Counted from the stretch's first letter, positions 52,756 through 63,479 are shown. The stretch: 64,000 nt of DNA from Eledone cirrhosa (GCA_964016885.1 OZ024750.1:36146001-36210000); one strand, 5' to 3'. The notes: a model not told the origin generated them from the letters alone. A program made the numbers and translations.

Positions 52756-52847
52756 ACATATTACATATGTTTCACTGTCGATCAGCTCGAGGAACAATCG
52801 ATTAGTGATCGAACGTGACTCTGAAATCGGAAGCTCCTCAGATGTGT
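52756..52847 (-). ncRNA. type I hammerhead ribozyme with long stem II, core intact
   Basis: Minus: ACACAT-CTGAGGA-G(61-nt rod)T-GAAAC-ATAT-GTA-ATATGT; GUA triplet, predicted cleavage after 52762. Confidence 0.78.
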
Positions 52848-53673
52848 GTTAACATGTAGACTCACGTCTAAGAGTGGTAGATTATTATTCCGATTCATTC
52901 TTTTATGCTGCCACACACTCTGTCAAAGGGGTGTGTCATCACCACATTCTTCTTTTTTGAGTTTTCCATCAAATCGCAGTTGGGGAGGCACCTATAAGTT
53001 AGCTATTACTCCTATCCGTGGTCAAGTTGGAATATTCATCCTTGCGCCACGTCTGTCTGAAGTCTGCTGCTATAGTCTTTGAAGTAAGCAGTAAGGAGAT
53101 AAAGCTGTACAGAAGTAAAAAAATAAAGAGGTCAAAGAATAAAGATACAAAATCCTTACAAAGATGCAGAGGCGATAAAAAATTAAACACTATGGACATA
53201 TCAGAATGGTAGTGAGGTGGAAGTAGTGGGTACAGAAAAACAACATAAAGTAATAGAATAAGACCATAAAAAAATATAATTTTTGCAACACGAATTGGTG
53301 CAAAATTTATAGTGCTTATTCATGTGACATCCAACAACCAACCAAATCTTAATACCTCTGGAGCCACTTTTTTCACATAAAACAGGAAGAATTTCCAAAA
53401 CTGTTCAGATTAGAGAAAAAATCACGAGTGCTCTATCTCAATATTATTTTTGAAAAATATTACAAATGCACAACCGGTAAAACCTTAAAACTAAAACTGA
53501 ATTCTAACTAATACTTATTACTAATTTATACTTATTCCTAATTAAACTATTTTTCACTGGCAAAAATTTGTCAACATTTTCTTTTCCTTTTTACTAATAT
53601 ATATATGTGTGTATATATATATATATATATGGGACATTATATTATGTAACATTATTTTAATTTATATTCCTTT

Positions 53674-53797
53674 GAGTTCCGATGAGCCACTCTGTTTTTT
53701 TTAAATATGTTAATTATTTTCAACTGAACCAGATCAATTATGATATATAGTCATCTGATCCAGAAATATTATACGGAGTAGCGAAACAATTGTAAAC
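53674..53797 (+). ncRNA. hammerhead motif with U4C core change and very long stem II loop
   Basis: GTT-CCGATGA-GCCACTCTGT...ACGGAGTAGC-GAAAC-AATT-GTA-AAC. Confidence 0.65.
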
Positions 53798-54341
53798 GGG
53801 CATTATTATTATTAATATTATTATTATTATTATTCTCTACATTCCTTACATCAAACTAAATATGTTGACAATCTTTTAATAATGTCTTCCTTGTGAAATT
53901 TGTGGTCTTGTTTTGCTTAACTAATGAATATATATATATATACATACACACACACGTTTACAAAATGTGGTTGGTGTTAGGAAGGGCATCCAGCCATAGA
54001 AAACATGCCAGATAGTCCTATACGAGTGAGACACTGTCACCCGACCAACCTTGCCTCAAATTGGGACAACTCCTGTCTAACCCATGCTAGTGTGGAAGAT
54101 AGATGTTAAACGCTGATGATAATGATATACATACACATACATATATATACACACATATATATATATGCACACACTCTGTCTCACCTACATATACACACAC
54201 ACACACACTCAGAGCCACACATACATACATACATACATACACACTCTCACGCACACACACACACATACATACAAACACATATACATACCTACACACACAT
54301 AATACAGTGTTAGAATGAAAACAATACAATTTAAAAAAATA

Positions 54342-54490
54342 TAATTGTTTCTACTTTTGGCACAAGGCCAGCAATTACCCAGTGCATTACTGGTACTTTA
54401 TTTTAAAGGCAAAGTTAACCTCGGCGGGATTTCAACTCAGAATAGCAAGGGCTGTAACTCTATGCGTCAGACCCTCTACCGATACTGCCA
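54342..54490 (-). mobile_element. SINE B with internal deletions
   Basis: Family B consensus. Confidence 0.85.
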
Positions 54491-54689
54491 TAAAAAAATA
54501 TAATATACATGGATCAGTTGGAATCCGACAGGAGTAGTGAAAGTTTAGGCTGATTTCAAATATATATATATGTATATATATTGCAATTTCTAACCACATT
54601 ATAAGCCTATCAAGTAGTCCTAATATCATAGATTTTAGAATGTGACAGTATGCATGTTTTAATATAATGAATATAATGAAAATATTGTG

Positions 54690-55075
54690 AACAGTGCTCA
54701 GGTACACTACAACTCATCAAAAGTGTATGTATAGTACATAGGGTAATTTACAAAACTCAGGAAAATGAACAGAGCATGAGTCATGATATACACATGTGTG
54801 CATGTGTATGGAAGGGGGATATCAGGTGTAGTTTTGGCAAATTTCGGGAAGCATGAGGGTTTTAAAGGATGCAGTGTCTGGACAGCTAACAACTGATGCA
54901 GGCAGTTTGTTCCATGCTTCAGCAACTCTAAGCGTGAAAAAATGTTTCCGAAAGTCATGGGAGCTGTGCCGTTTTCTGACTTTGTAGGCATGTCCACGTG
55001 TGTTAGACACATGGAGATTAAAAAGGTGCTCAGGGTTGTTGTTGGCAAGATGGTTAATAACATTATTTCACCATG
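54690..55075 (-). mobile_element. CR1-clade LINE 3' end
   Basis: SNTRGHAYKVRKRHSSHDFRKHFFTLRVAEAWNKLPASVVSC plus 3' UTR. Confidence 0.88.
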
Positions 55076-55373
55076 CTGCCTCAGCAAAGGAAACAGTATG
55101 TATTATATCTTGTTCCATCTCTCTTAGACTTGAAGAATTAAACTCCCCTAAAGTGTGTGGTGGATTCTTCAATTATTGGTGATTCCAATAATAATTCTAC
55201 CCCATCATATTAGGCTGATCTATATATAAGTGATGGTAGATAGACATTTTCTCTTTATCTCGTTTAATACTTCTTTAGTTTAATACTTCTTTCGTTTTAA
55301 TACTTCTTTCATTTTAATACTTCTTTCCTTTTAATACTTCTTTAGTTTTTTCTCATTTATATATATATATACG

Positions 55374-55660
55374 TGGAGGCACGTGGCCTAGTGGTAAGGG
55401 TGTTGGACTTACGATCATAATGTCGTGGGCTCGATTCCCGGGTTGCGTGTTGTGTTCTTGAGCAAAACACTTCATTTCACGTTGCTCCAATATACTCAGC
55501 TGAAAATGAGTACTAGCAATAGCTAGAGGTTTAACCCTGCGATGGACTGGCGTCCTGTCCAGGGGGCAGTCTTTTACTCTCAGTCGCGTCACGCCATGAA
55601 ACCGGGATAAGCACCGGCTAAATGAGCCTTCTAGCTTAAGACAGACTTTAGACTTTTTTT
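55374..55660 (+). mobile_element. full-length SINE family C (tRNA head, CORE block, distinct tail)
   Basis: GGAGGCACGTGGCCTAGTGG..GGCTCGATTCC; CORE block; AACCCTGCGATGGACTGG; ends AGACTTTAGACTTT. Confidence 0.88.
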
Positions 55661-55695
55661 TTTATATATATGTACATTATATATATATGTACATT

Positions 55696-55772
<77 letters not shown>

Positions 55773-55964
55773 GAGAAAAAAAACTCTAATTCTGGAAGTA
55801 TTAAATGAGATAGAGAAAAAATTTCTATTAAAAATATATTTTAATTAAAATAACAGATTAAAGTTTAAGCAAAGAATCGCTGCTTTCACCCTTAATGGGA
55901 TCTTATATATATATGGGATCTTATATATATATGAGATCTTATATATATAATGGGATCTTATATA

Positions 55965-56362
55965 TAGCTGGAGAGAAATGAGGCAAGCATGCTCCGTTGG
56001 ATGTGCAGTGTAAATGTGCGTGAACGACCCAGCATAAATGTGTTGAGAGAGAAACTGTGTCTGAGAGGGATAGAATGTAGTGTACGGGAGAGGAGACTGA
56101 GGTGGTATGGACATGTGATGCGCATGGAGAATGACCGATGGGTGAAGAAGTGCCAGGAAATGCCAGTTGAAGAAAGACGTGGTAGAGGTAGACCACGAAA
56201 AACATGGGCGGAGGTGGTGAGAACAGACCTCAGATCATTGAAGTTCACGGTGGAGATGACGAGGGACCGTGACGAGTGGAGAGATGCTGTGCTGAATAAG
56301 ACCCGTCCCACCCTTGCAAGCAGGGAAAAGCGGACGTAAAATGATGATGATGATGATGATGA
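55965..56362 (+). mobile_element. RTE LINE 3' end, putative partner of SINE family A
   Basis: MLRWMC...RERRLRWYGHVMRM...RGRGRPRKTW...RDRDEWR; ends CCCGTCCCACCCTTGCAAGCAGGGAAAAGCGGACGTAAA(ATG)n. Confidence 0.92.
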
Positions 56363-56694
56363 TATATATAGGCGGCGAATTGGCAGAGTCGCTGGAACAT
56401 CAGATAGAATGCTTTATTGTATTTAGTCTGGCTCTCTGCTTTCTGAGTTCAAATCCCACCGAGGTCAGCTTTGCCTTTCATCCTTTCGAGGTTGATAAAA
56501 AAAGTACCAGTCTAGTACTGGGGTCGATTCTTCCTCTATATCTCTTTCTCATTTCCTCTCTCTCTCTCACTTTCTATCTTTCTCTGGAAAAAATCTGCTG
56601 TACTGATTGATTCCGCCAGGCTTAAAATGGCCAAGAAACACTGTATGTCAATACAACACCCCTTCGACTCTATCAGGAGTTACAGGACCATACA

Positions 56695-56736
<42 letters not shown>

Positions 56737-56783
56737 AAGTAAAAGTGAAGTAGTTTCAGATGTTCAAGTCCTTTAATAATAAT

Positions 56784-56973
56784 TGTTTCTACTTTTGACA
56801 CAAGGCCAGCAATTACCCAGTACATTACTGGTACTTTATTTTATCGACCCCGTAAGGATGAAAGGCAAAGTTAACCTTGGAGGGATTTGAACCCAGTCCG
56901 TAAAGGGACGTAACTCTATGCTAGAAAGCATGGCGTCCGAACCTCTACTGATACTGCCAATCCACTGCCAATC
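56784..56973 (-). mobile_element. SINE B with 19-bp target-site duplication
   Basis: CAAGTCCTTTAATAATAAT at 56765-56783 and 56974-56992. Confidence 0.9.
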
Positions 56974-56992
56974 CAAGTCCTTTAATAATAAT

Positions 56993-57066
56993 GCTGTCAT
57001 ATATATTTCAATGACGACACTGGCCACACTGTTCTGTGTGCGAGTCTCGTGACATCATCAGACAGC
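56993..57066 (-). ncRNA. hammerhead motif with G at the cleavage position (probably inactive)
   Basis: Minus: GCTGT-CTGATGA-(ACGA/TCGT, ACT/AGT, CACAC/GTGTG rod)-GAAA-TATATA-TG-ACAGC. Confidence 0.7.
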
Positions 57067-57109
57067 TTGTTACATAATAAGGTTGTTTCTGAGGCAATCC
57101 AAATTGAAT

Positions 57110-57410
57110 CGACATGGGAACGGATGAAGTTCGTGCTTTTGGGTTTTTCATCCGTTCCCTTGTGAGTACCAATTCACCCCCACCGGTCTGCGCAAGCGCA
57201 TGTCCGAAGGAAGTTGACCATTAGCACCGCAGATTTCAACGAAATTCGCTGTCAGTGGCCCACCTATGCCTTGCCAAAGTTTACTGCTACCATCGCTACT
57301 GTGGCAGTCAGCCGAAAGCCAGAGGGGATGGGAGGGTGTTAGTTTTTATAGGTCATAATACTACCTTTCACTAAGCGTTGACAGTAAGACTGACCATCAA
57401 CTCATAAGGT
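57110..57410. promoter_or_regulatory. CpG-rich promoter-like island
   Basis: NRF1-like TGCGCAAGCGCA at 57189-57200, ETS-like GGAAGT at 57209-57214, CCAAT, candidate donor AAG|GTAAAA at 57408. Confidence 0.4.
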
Positions 57411-57692
57411 AAAATAAACTTAATTCTAGGTACTATGGTTTTACATAGTAAGTTAAGAGTGAGAGTTGGGAATAAAAATTAAAATTAAAAGTTAAAATCC
57501 TAAATCAAATATCAGAGATTATAAATTAAACAATAAAGAATTCAAAAATTCTAAATTCAAAAAATTTTTCAAGTGATAATTCGGATTAAGTAAAGATATA
57601 CATTGAAGTGAGTAAATAATATGGAGAGAGATGTTTAAGTAATATGTTCTGAGAGATGTTTAAGAAAAGAAACAATAGTGAATAAATGCAAA

Positions 57693-57909
57693 ATCACCCG
57701 GTCCGAGAATTGAACTCACAACCTTTCGATTGCAAGCCCAAGATATATATATATATATCAAACTGAACCTGAGCCGATAAGGTCTGGTTTCTTGGGTATG
57801 TCACTTCTTGGGTATGTCACTTCGCTTTTACTTATTCGATATTTACTCCGTCACTCCTATGTGGAAAAAGTACGTTGAGTGCTTGAATTGAATTGCATCA
57901 ATATTTACC

Positions 57910-57945
<36 letters not shown>

Positions 57946-58269
57946 CAAAGGGATATTTAATTTGTTGGTTATTCAACAAATTTATTTATAACAGATTCGA
58001 AGCACTCTACAAGTTTTCTGGAGTATAATATCAATGATATTAATAAATGAAAACTATATTTATAAAACCATATTTATTTTATTATATATATTTCAAGGGT
58101 ACCAAAATTTTGGTACGCTCTCATCAGATAAAATACAAAATTTGTTTTATAAATAGTGACATACCCAAGAAACCAGACCTTATCGGTTCAGGTTCAGTTT
58201 GATATATATATATATATATCTTGGGCTTGCAATCGAAAGGTTGTGAGTTCAATTCTCGGACCGGGTGAT
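57693..58269. repeat. inverted duplication, arms of about 113 bp (57693-57805 and 58155-58269)
   Basis: Each arm is a SINE A head fragment, (TA)n and CAAACTGAACCTGA.CCGATAAGGTCTGGTTTCTTGGGTATGTCACT. Confidence 0.93.
58075..58135 (-). ncRNA. minimal type I hammerhead ribozyme, core intact
   Basis: Minus: TATTTTAT-CTGATGA-GAGCGTACCAA(AATT)TTGGTACCCTT-GAAA-TATATA-TA-ATAAAATA; perfect 8-bp stem I; predicted cleavage after 58083. Confidence 0.85.
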
Positions 58270-58631
58270 GTGTTGTTTCCTTGAGCAAGACATTTTATTT
58301 CACATTGCTCCAGTTTACTCAGATGTAGAAATGAGATGATAGGGACTGGTGTCCCTATCATTCCACTGCAAAGTGGTCGTGGAGGTGCCACGGCAAAAAA
58401 GCACCCAGCCCACACTGTAAAGTGGATGTGTAGGCACCACAGAAAAAAAGCACCCAGCACTCACTGTAAATGAGGTTGGTGTTAGGAAGGGCATCCAGCT
58501 GTAGAAATCAAGTCAGAATCAGTCCCCATATGAGCAAGACATGGTCAGCTGACCAGACACGGCCCACAACAGGACAACCTGTCTAACTCATGCTAGCATG
58601 GAAGAACGGACGTAAAATGGTGATGATGATG
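58221..58631 (+). mobile_element. SINE A body with a family D-type tail (chimera)
   Basis: Family A to GAATCAGT, then CCCATATGAGCAAGAC...ATGCTAGCATGGAAG. Confidence 0.8.
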
Positions 58632-59419
58632 ATATATATATAATACACATTTAGAGCTTCATATGCAGATATCTTCCTTTTGGAGTTTTATTGTTTCACA
58701 GAGCCTCTGTGACTGACCGCTACCTCTACTGATATTTAGCTGCTACTACCATCACGTGGCTACTTAGTAGTAGTCCACTAGAAAGTTCTATACAAATTCT
58801 ATACCTAAAAATAACTTCAAGCCTCAGCACTTAACTAACTTAATGGAAAGTAAAACTTAGAAGCCTATTAATCATATCGTCAGCAAATTTTTCAATAATA
58901 CTAGCGCTAATTTTTATCATTCTTCTTGAACTGCTACAAAAATAAAAAATAAAAAACAAACAGATTCTTTGATTTTAAAAAGATCTTGAATTTAGCTTTG
59001 AGTTATTAATTTGTGATATATTTTCAATAGGGTTCATATTTGGCAAATATCCAAACCCTGCCAAAAAATGTGATTTTATGGACTTGAATAAAATATTTAA
59101 CTAATTTGGCTGTATATGTAGCAAGATTATTATGTTGGTATATTGCCAGGCAGAATAATTTGAGTCTTCTTTTATAGGAAGAAAATAAGAGGCTATTGCA
59201 AAATATCTATCTCGAAATATTGTGTATGGCACATTGCTGAGAATGTCAATAGTTTGATTACTGACTCTACTCTCAACGTCTCCAGCCTACGGGTTTCTTC
59301 TTTGATCTACTTTACAATCGATAATTTAATTGACTCATACTGGTGTCTTCTTTAAGCAATGAGACTATGGTTGAGAATCCACAACAGATATTTAATGTTG
59401 CTTGCTCTTTAAAGGTGGA

Positions 59420-59789
59420 TCATCATCATCATCATCATCATTTTACGTCCGCTTTTCTCTGCTTGCAAGGGTGGGACGGGAACTGATTCTGGCTTGATTT
59501 CCACAGCTGGATGCCCTTCCTAACACCAACCTCATTTACAGTGAGTGCTGGGTGGTGTTTTGCTGTGGTGCCTACACGTCCCATTTACAGTGTGGGCTGG
59601 GTGCTTTTTTGCCGTGGCACCTCCACGACCACTTTCCAGTGGAATGATAGGGACCCTAGTCCTATCATCTCATTTCTACAGCTGAGTAAACTGGAGCAAT
59701 GTGAAATAAAGTGTCTTGCTCAAGGAAACAGCACATCACCTGGTCTGAGAATTGAACTTACAACCTTTCGATTGCAAGCCCAATGCTCT
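59420..59789 (-). mobile_element. SINE family A, long variant
   Basis: Reverse complement of consensus. Confidence 0.88.
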
Positions 59790-59822
59790 GGATGAAAGTG
59801 TAAATTCCAAATGAACACAGTA

Positions 59823-60580
59823 TAGCTATGAGGAGCAGTGGCCCAAGGTAGCTATGAGGAGCAGTGACCCAAGGTAGCTATAAGGAGCAGTGGCCCAAGG
59901 TAGCTATGAGGAGCAGTGGCCCAAGGTAGCTATAAGGAGCAGTGGCCCAAGGTAGCTATGAGGAGCAGTGACCCAAGGTAGCTATGAGGAGCAGTGACCC
60001 AAGGTAGCTATAAGGAGCAGTGGCCCAAGGTAGCTATGAGGAGCAGTGACCCAAGGTAGCTATAAGGAGCAGTGACCCAAGGTAGCTATAAGGAGCAGTG
60101 ACCCAAGGTAGCTATGAGGAGCAGTGGCCCAAGGTAGCTATAAGGAGCAGTGACCCAAGGTAGCTATAAGGAGCAGTGACCCAAGGTAGCTATGAGGAGC
60201 AGTGGCCCAAGGTAGCTATGAGGAGCAGTGACCCCAGATAGTTATGAGGAGCAGTGACCTCAGGTAGTTATGAGGAGCAGTGGCCCAAGGTAGCTATAAG
60301 GAGCAGTGACCCAAGGTAGCTATGAGGAGCAGTGGCCCAAGGTAGCTATGAGGAGCAGTGGCCCAAGGTAGCTATGAGGAGCAGTGGCCCAAGGTAGCTA
60401 TGAGGAGCAGTGGCCCAAGGTAGCTATGAGGAGCAGTGGCCCAAGGTAGCTATGAGGAGCAGTGACCCAAGGTAGCTATAAGGAGCAGTGACCCCAGATA
60501 GTTATGAGGAGCAGTGACCTCAGGTAGTTATAAGGAGCAGTGACCCCAGGTAGCTATGAGGAGCAGTGACCCCCAGGTAA
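59823..60580. repeat. 26-bp minisatellite, about 29 copies
   Basis: Unit TAGCTATGAGGAGCAGTGGCCCAAGG. Confidence 0.97.
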
Positions 60581-60619
60581 TTATTAGTTTTGGCTAACCA
60601 GTTTTCTCTGATTTCCTTA

Positions 60620-60660
60620 TATTCTGATGAAGGGAATTTTAAGTCGTGAAATATTAGGTC
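60620..60660 (+). ncRNA. degenerate hammerhead in a solo PLE terminal repeat (about 60600-61290, split by a Helitron)
   Basis: CTGATGAAGGGAATTTTAAGTCGTGAAATATTA; downstream sequence aligns with 29275-29450. Confidence 0.55.
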
Positions 60661-60766
60661 AAAAGAAACAACAAAAACAAACAGATTACCAGGTAACTAA
60701 ATTTTTAGTTACTGTAATCTTATCGTTCATTTTGCATTATTTAGCCATATATACCTTTCCACATTA

Positions 60767-61244
60767 TCTATATATATAAAACTGAGGATGTCTGTCTCTG
60801 TGTGTCTGTGAGTTTGAATCTTTAAAACTCGAGAAGTACCCAACCGACTTTTTTCAAACTTTACATGTGTATTACTTATGTTTCATGGAGAGTTATGCAT
60901 ATAAAAGAATTCAAGATTTTGATCCACTAGGGTCCGCATTAGGTGAAAAACTGCTTTTTAGGGCTTTTTTGGGGTGTTACGTCTAGCCGATATTCCCGAA
61001 ATTTCAAGGCATATTATGCACATAAAAAAAATTCATTTTCTTGATCCCCTAGGGCCCGCATTACGTGAAAACCTGCATTTTTCCTGCTTTATCGAGGAAA
61101 ATCTTAAAGATTATCCAGCCATCAGAGTATTCGGTTTATTTTCTTTACATATTGTCCAGGCATGCAGTTTTTCCAGGATTAGGTCCGTTGGCAGCCCACG
61201 TTCCAATATACCTTATCCCATGCAATGCTGGATACCACTGCTAG
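60767..61244 (+). mobile_element. non-autonomous Helitron-type element (short variant)
   Basis: A|TC...CTAG|T ends; homologous to 31996-32899. Confidence 0.85.
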
Positions 61245-61309
61245 TATAATATATTATATACAATGCTTCAAGCAAACTACAACATTTTATTAAATGAAAT
61301 AATGGTTTA

Positions 61310-61760
61310 TGATTTAGACACAAGGCCAACAATTTTGGGGCAGGGAAAAATCAATTAAATCAACCCCTGTGCATTACTGGTACTTTATTTAAAAAACCCT
61401 GTAAGGATAAAAGGCAAAGCTAAACCTTGGTGGGATTTGGAATCAGAACTTAGAAAATTGTAACTAAATACCTCAAAGCATATTGTCTGACATTCTACCA
61501 ATTCTATCAATCCACTGCACTTTTCTCTAACCCTTTAGCATTTAAACCGGCTGTATCCGGCCAGAATTCTCTCACCTCTCTCTGTTCAAACCAGCCATAA
61601 CTGGCCTTTCATACTGATGTTAAGGTATCAAACCAGCCATAACTGGCCATTCATACTGATGTTAAGGTATTATTCTCAAAATAGATAACATCAAAATCTC
61701 ATAGATTTGATATTACGTGAGATAATTATGTAAGGTAAAGCCTTTACCATGAGAATATAA
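61310..61760. mobile_element. degenerate SINE B (minus) followed by piggyBac-like MITE (61527-61760)
   Basis: Family consensus matches; MITE has an internal duplication of about 39 bp. Confidence 0.78.
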
Positions 61761-61879
61761 TAGTTGGAAGATGTGGCACATTTGTCATTATGCTCAATGT
61801 AAGTTGACATCATCTGTGAGGAGATAAATTTTTAACTCATTTAATCAAAGAATATTTTTGAAGAAATTGAGATCCTTTT

Positions 61880-62290
61880 CATCATCATCGTTTAGCGTCC
61901 GTGTTCCACGCTTGCATGGGTTTGGACGGGGGTTTTCCCACTTGAGGCAAGAGTGGTTGTCTTGCTCGCATAGGACTGTCTGGCGGGTTTTCTACAGCTG
62001 GATGCCCTTCCTAACACCAACCACATTTACAGTGTGGGGCTGGGAGGTTTTTACCGTGTTGCCTACATGGCCACATTACAGCGTGGACTGTCTGGCGGGT
62101 TTTCTACAGCTGGATGCCCTTCCTAACACCAACCACATTTATAGTGTGGGGCTGGTTTTTTTTTACCGTGTTGCCTACATGGCCACATTTACAGCGTGGA
62201 CTGTGTGTTTTTTTGTCGTGACACCTACACGACCTCATTTGTTTCGGCCTGGATGTTGTGGCACCAACATAACTTTTCATGGTACCAACT
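61880..62290 (-). mobile_element. SINE family D with tandem internal duplication
   Basis: GGACTGTCTGGCGGGTTTTCTACAGCTGGATGCCCTTCC block present twice. Confidence 0.8.
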
Positions 62291-62789
62291 CTGATTGCGT
62301 TTGGAGGGTGGGAGCGGTGGGGCGAAGGGAGGGATGGGGTTATGTTAGCCATCCTCGGCCGAAATTCTAAATTTCAAGAATTCAATCAGCAATGGTGTAT
62401 TTTGATTATCAGTATCAGTAGTGCGTCGCACAATATGCTTTGTAGCATTTTGTTGTGTCCCTTTATGTTATGATTTCAAATACGTGGGTTGATAGAATAA
62501 AGTACCAGTAATGCACTGTGGTCAATTTTAATCGACTTTCCCCTCCCTCGAAAATTGTTGGCCTAGTGCCTAAATCAATTATTATTATTATTGGGAATTT
62601 GTAGTTTACTTGAAGCATTGTATACGGTATAAAGAATTCAAAGTTGGAAAGGCACAACAATGCAGATTGGATGGAAAATAATTAAGTCTTAAGAAACGGT
62701 GGGTGTACAGCATGGTATAGCAAGCCACATCAGGCACTGGAATAGTTCCTTTATTTTCCTCAGAAGAAGAGATATTAGTCTCGAAATAT

Positions 62790-63360
62790 TAGGACATGAC
62801 AAAATCAGCAGTGGGGGAGGGTGCTCTGAAAGTACAGTAGCCAGAGTGAGAACTGTTTGGAAAAAGTTCAGAGAGCTTATACCACTAATGGCCGCTAAAG
62901 GTTTCTCTCTAAAAATGAAAGGCAGACTGTATGATGCCTGCATACGAACAGCAATGTTACACGGCAGTGAGACATGGACATTGTGTGCAGAGGACCTGCG
63001 CAGACTGGAGAAGAACGAAGCATGCATGCTCTGCTGGATGTGTAATAGTAAAATATGTGAACAGCAAAGCATAAATGAACTAAGTGAGAAATTAGGTATA
63101 AGAGGGATCAGATGCTATTTACTCGAGAGAGGACTATGTTGGTATGATCACGTGATGTGTATGAAAGATGACAGCTGTATAAAAAAGTGCAGGGCGATCA
63201 AAATTTATGGAAGTTATGGAGTAGGCAGACCCAGAAAAACCTTGAACGATTTGATAAATTCCGACCTTACACACTTACACCTCTCTAAGATAATGTCACT
63301 GGACCAAGATCTTTGGCGCTACGCAGTAATACAGAAAACCCGCCTTGCCTAAGTACAAAG
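62790..63360 (+). mobile_element. RTE LINE C-terminal fragment
   Basis: GGGCSESTVARVRTVWKKFREL...KGRLYDACIRTAMLHGSETW...GRPRKT. Confidence 0.9.
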
Positions 63361-63479
63361 TGAAACCTACAGTCAGTAGGCACCGCTTAATCAAATATAC
63401 ACCGCCCTCTCACTACCCCAACTCCCACACCCCCATCAACACCACCTCTTTCTCTGTAAAGTTATGTTAGTGCCACAAC

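Noticed and set aside
57010-57056. SECIS-like ATGA...TGA stem on the plus strand
   Set aside because: Helix is out of register with the quartet and lacks the apical AA; it is the antisense of hammerhead stem II
57060-57410. Known structural RNA gene (snRNA, SRP, RNase P/MRP, telomerase RNA)
   Set aside because: No diagnostic motifs or CTAACCCTAA template recognised; an Rfam scan would be decisive
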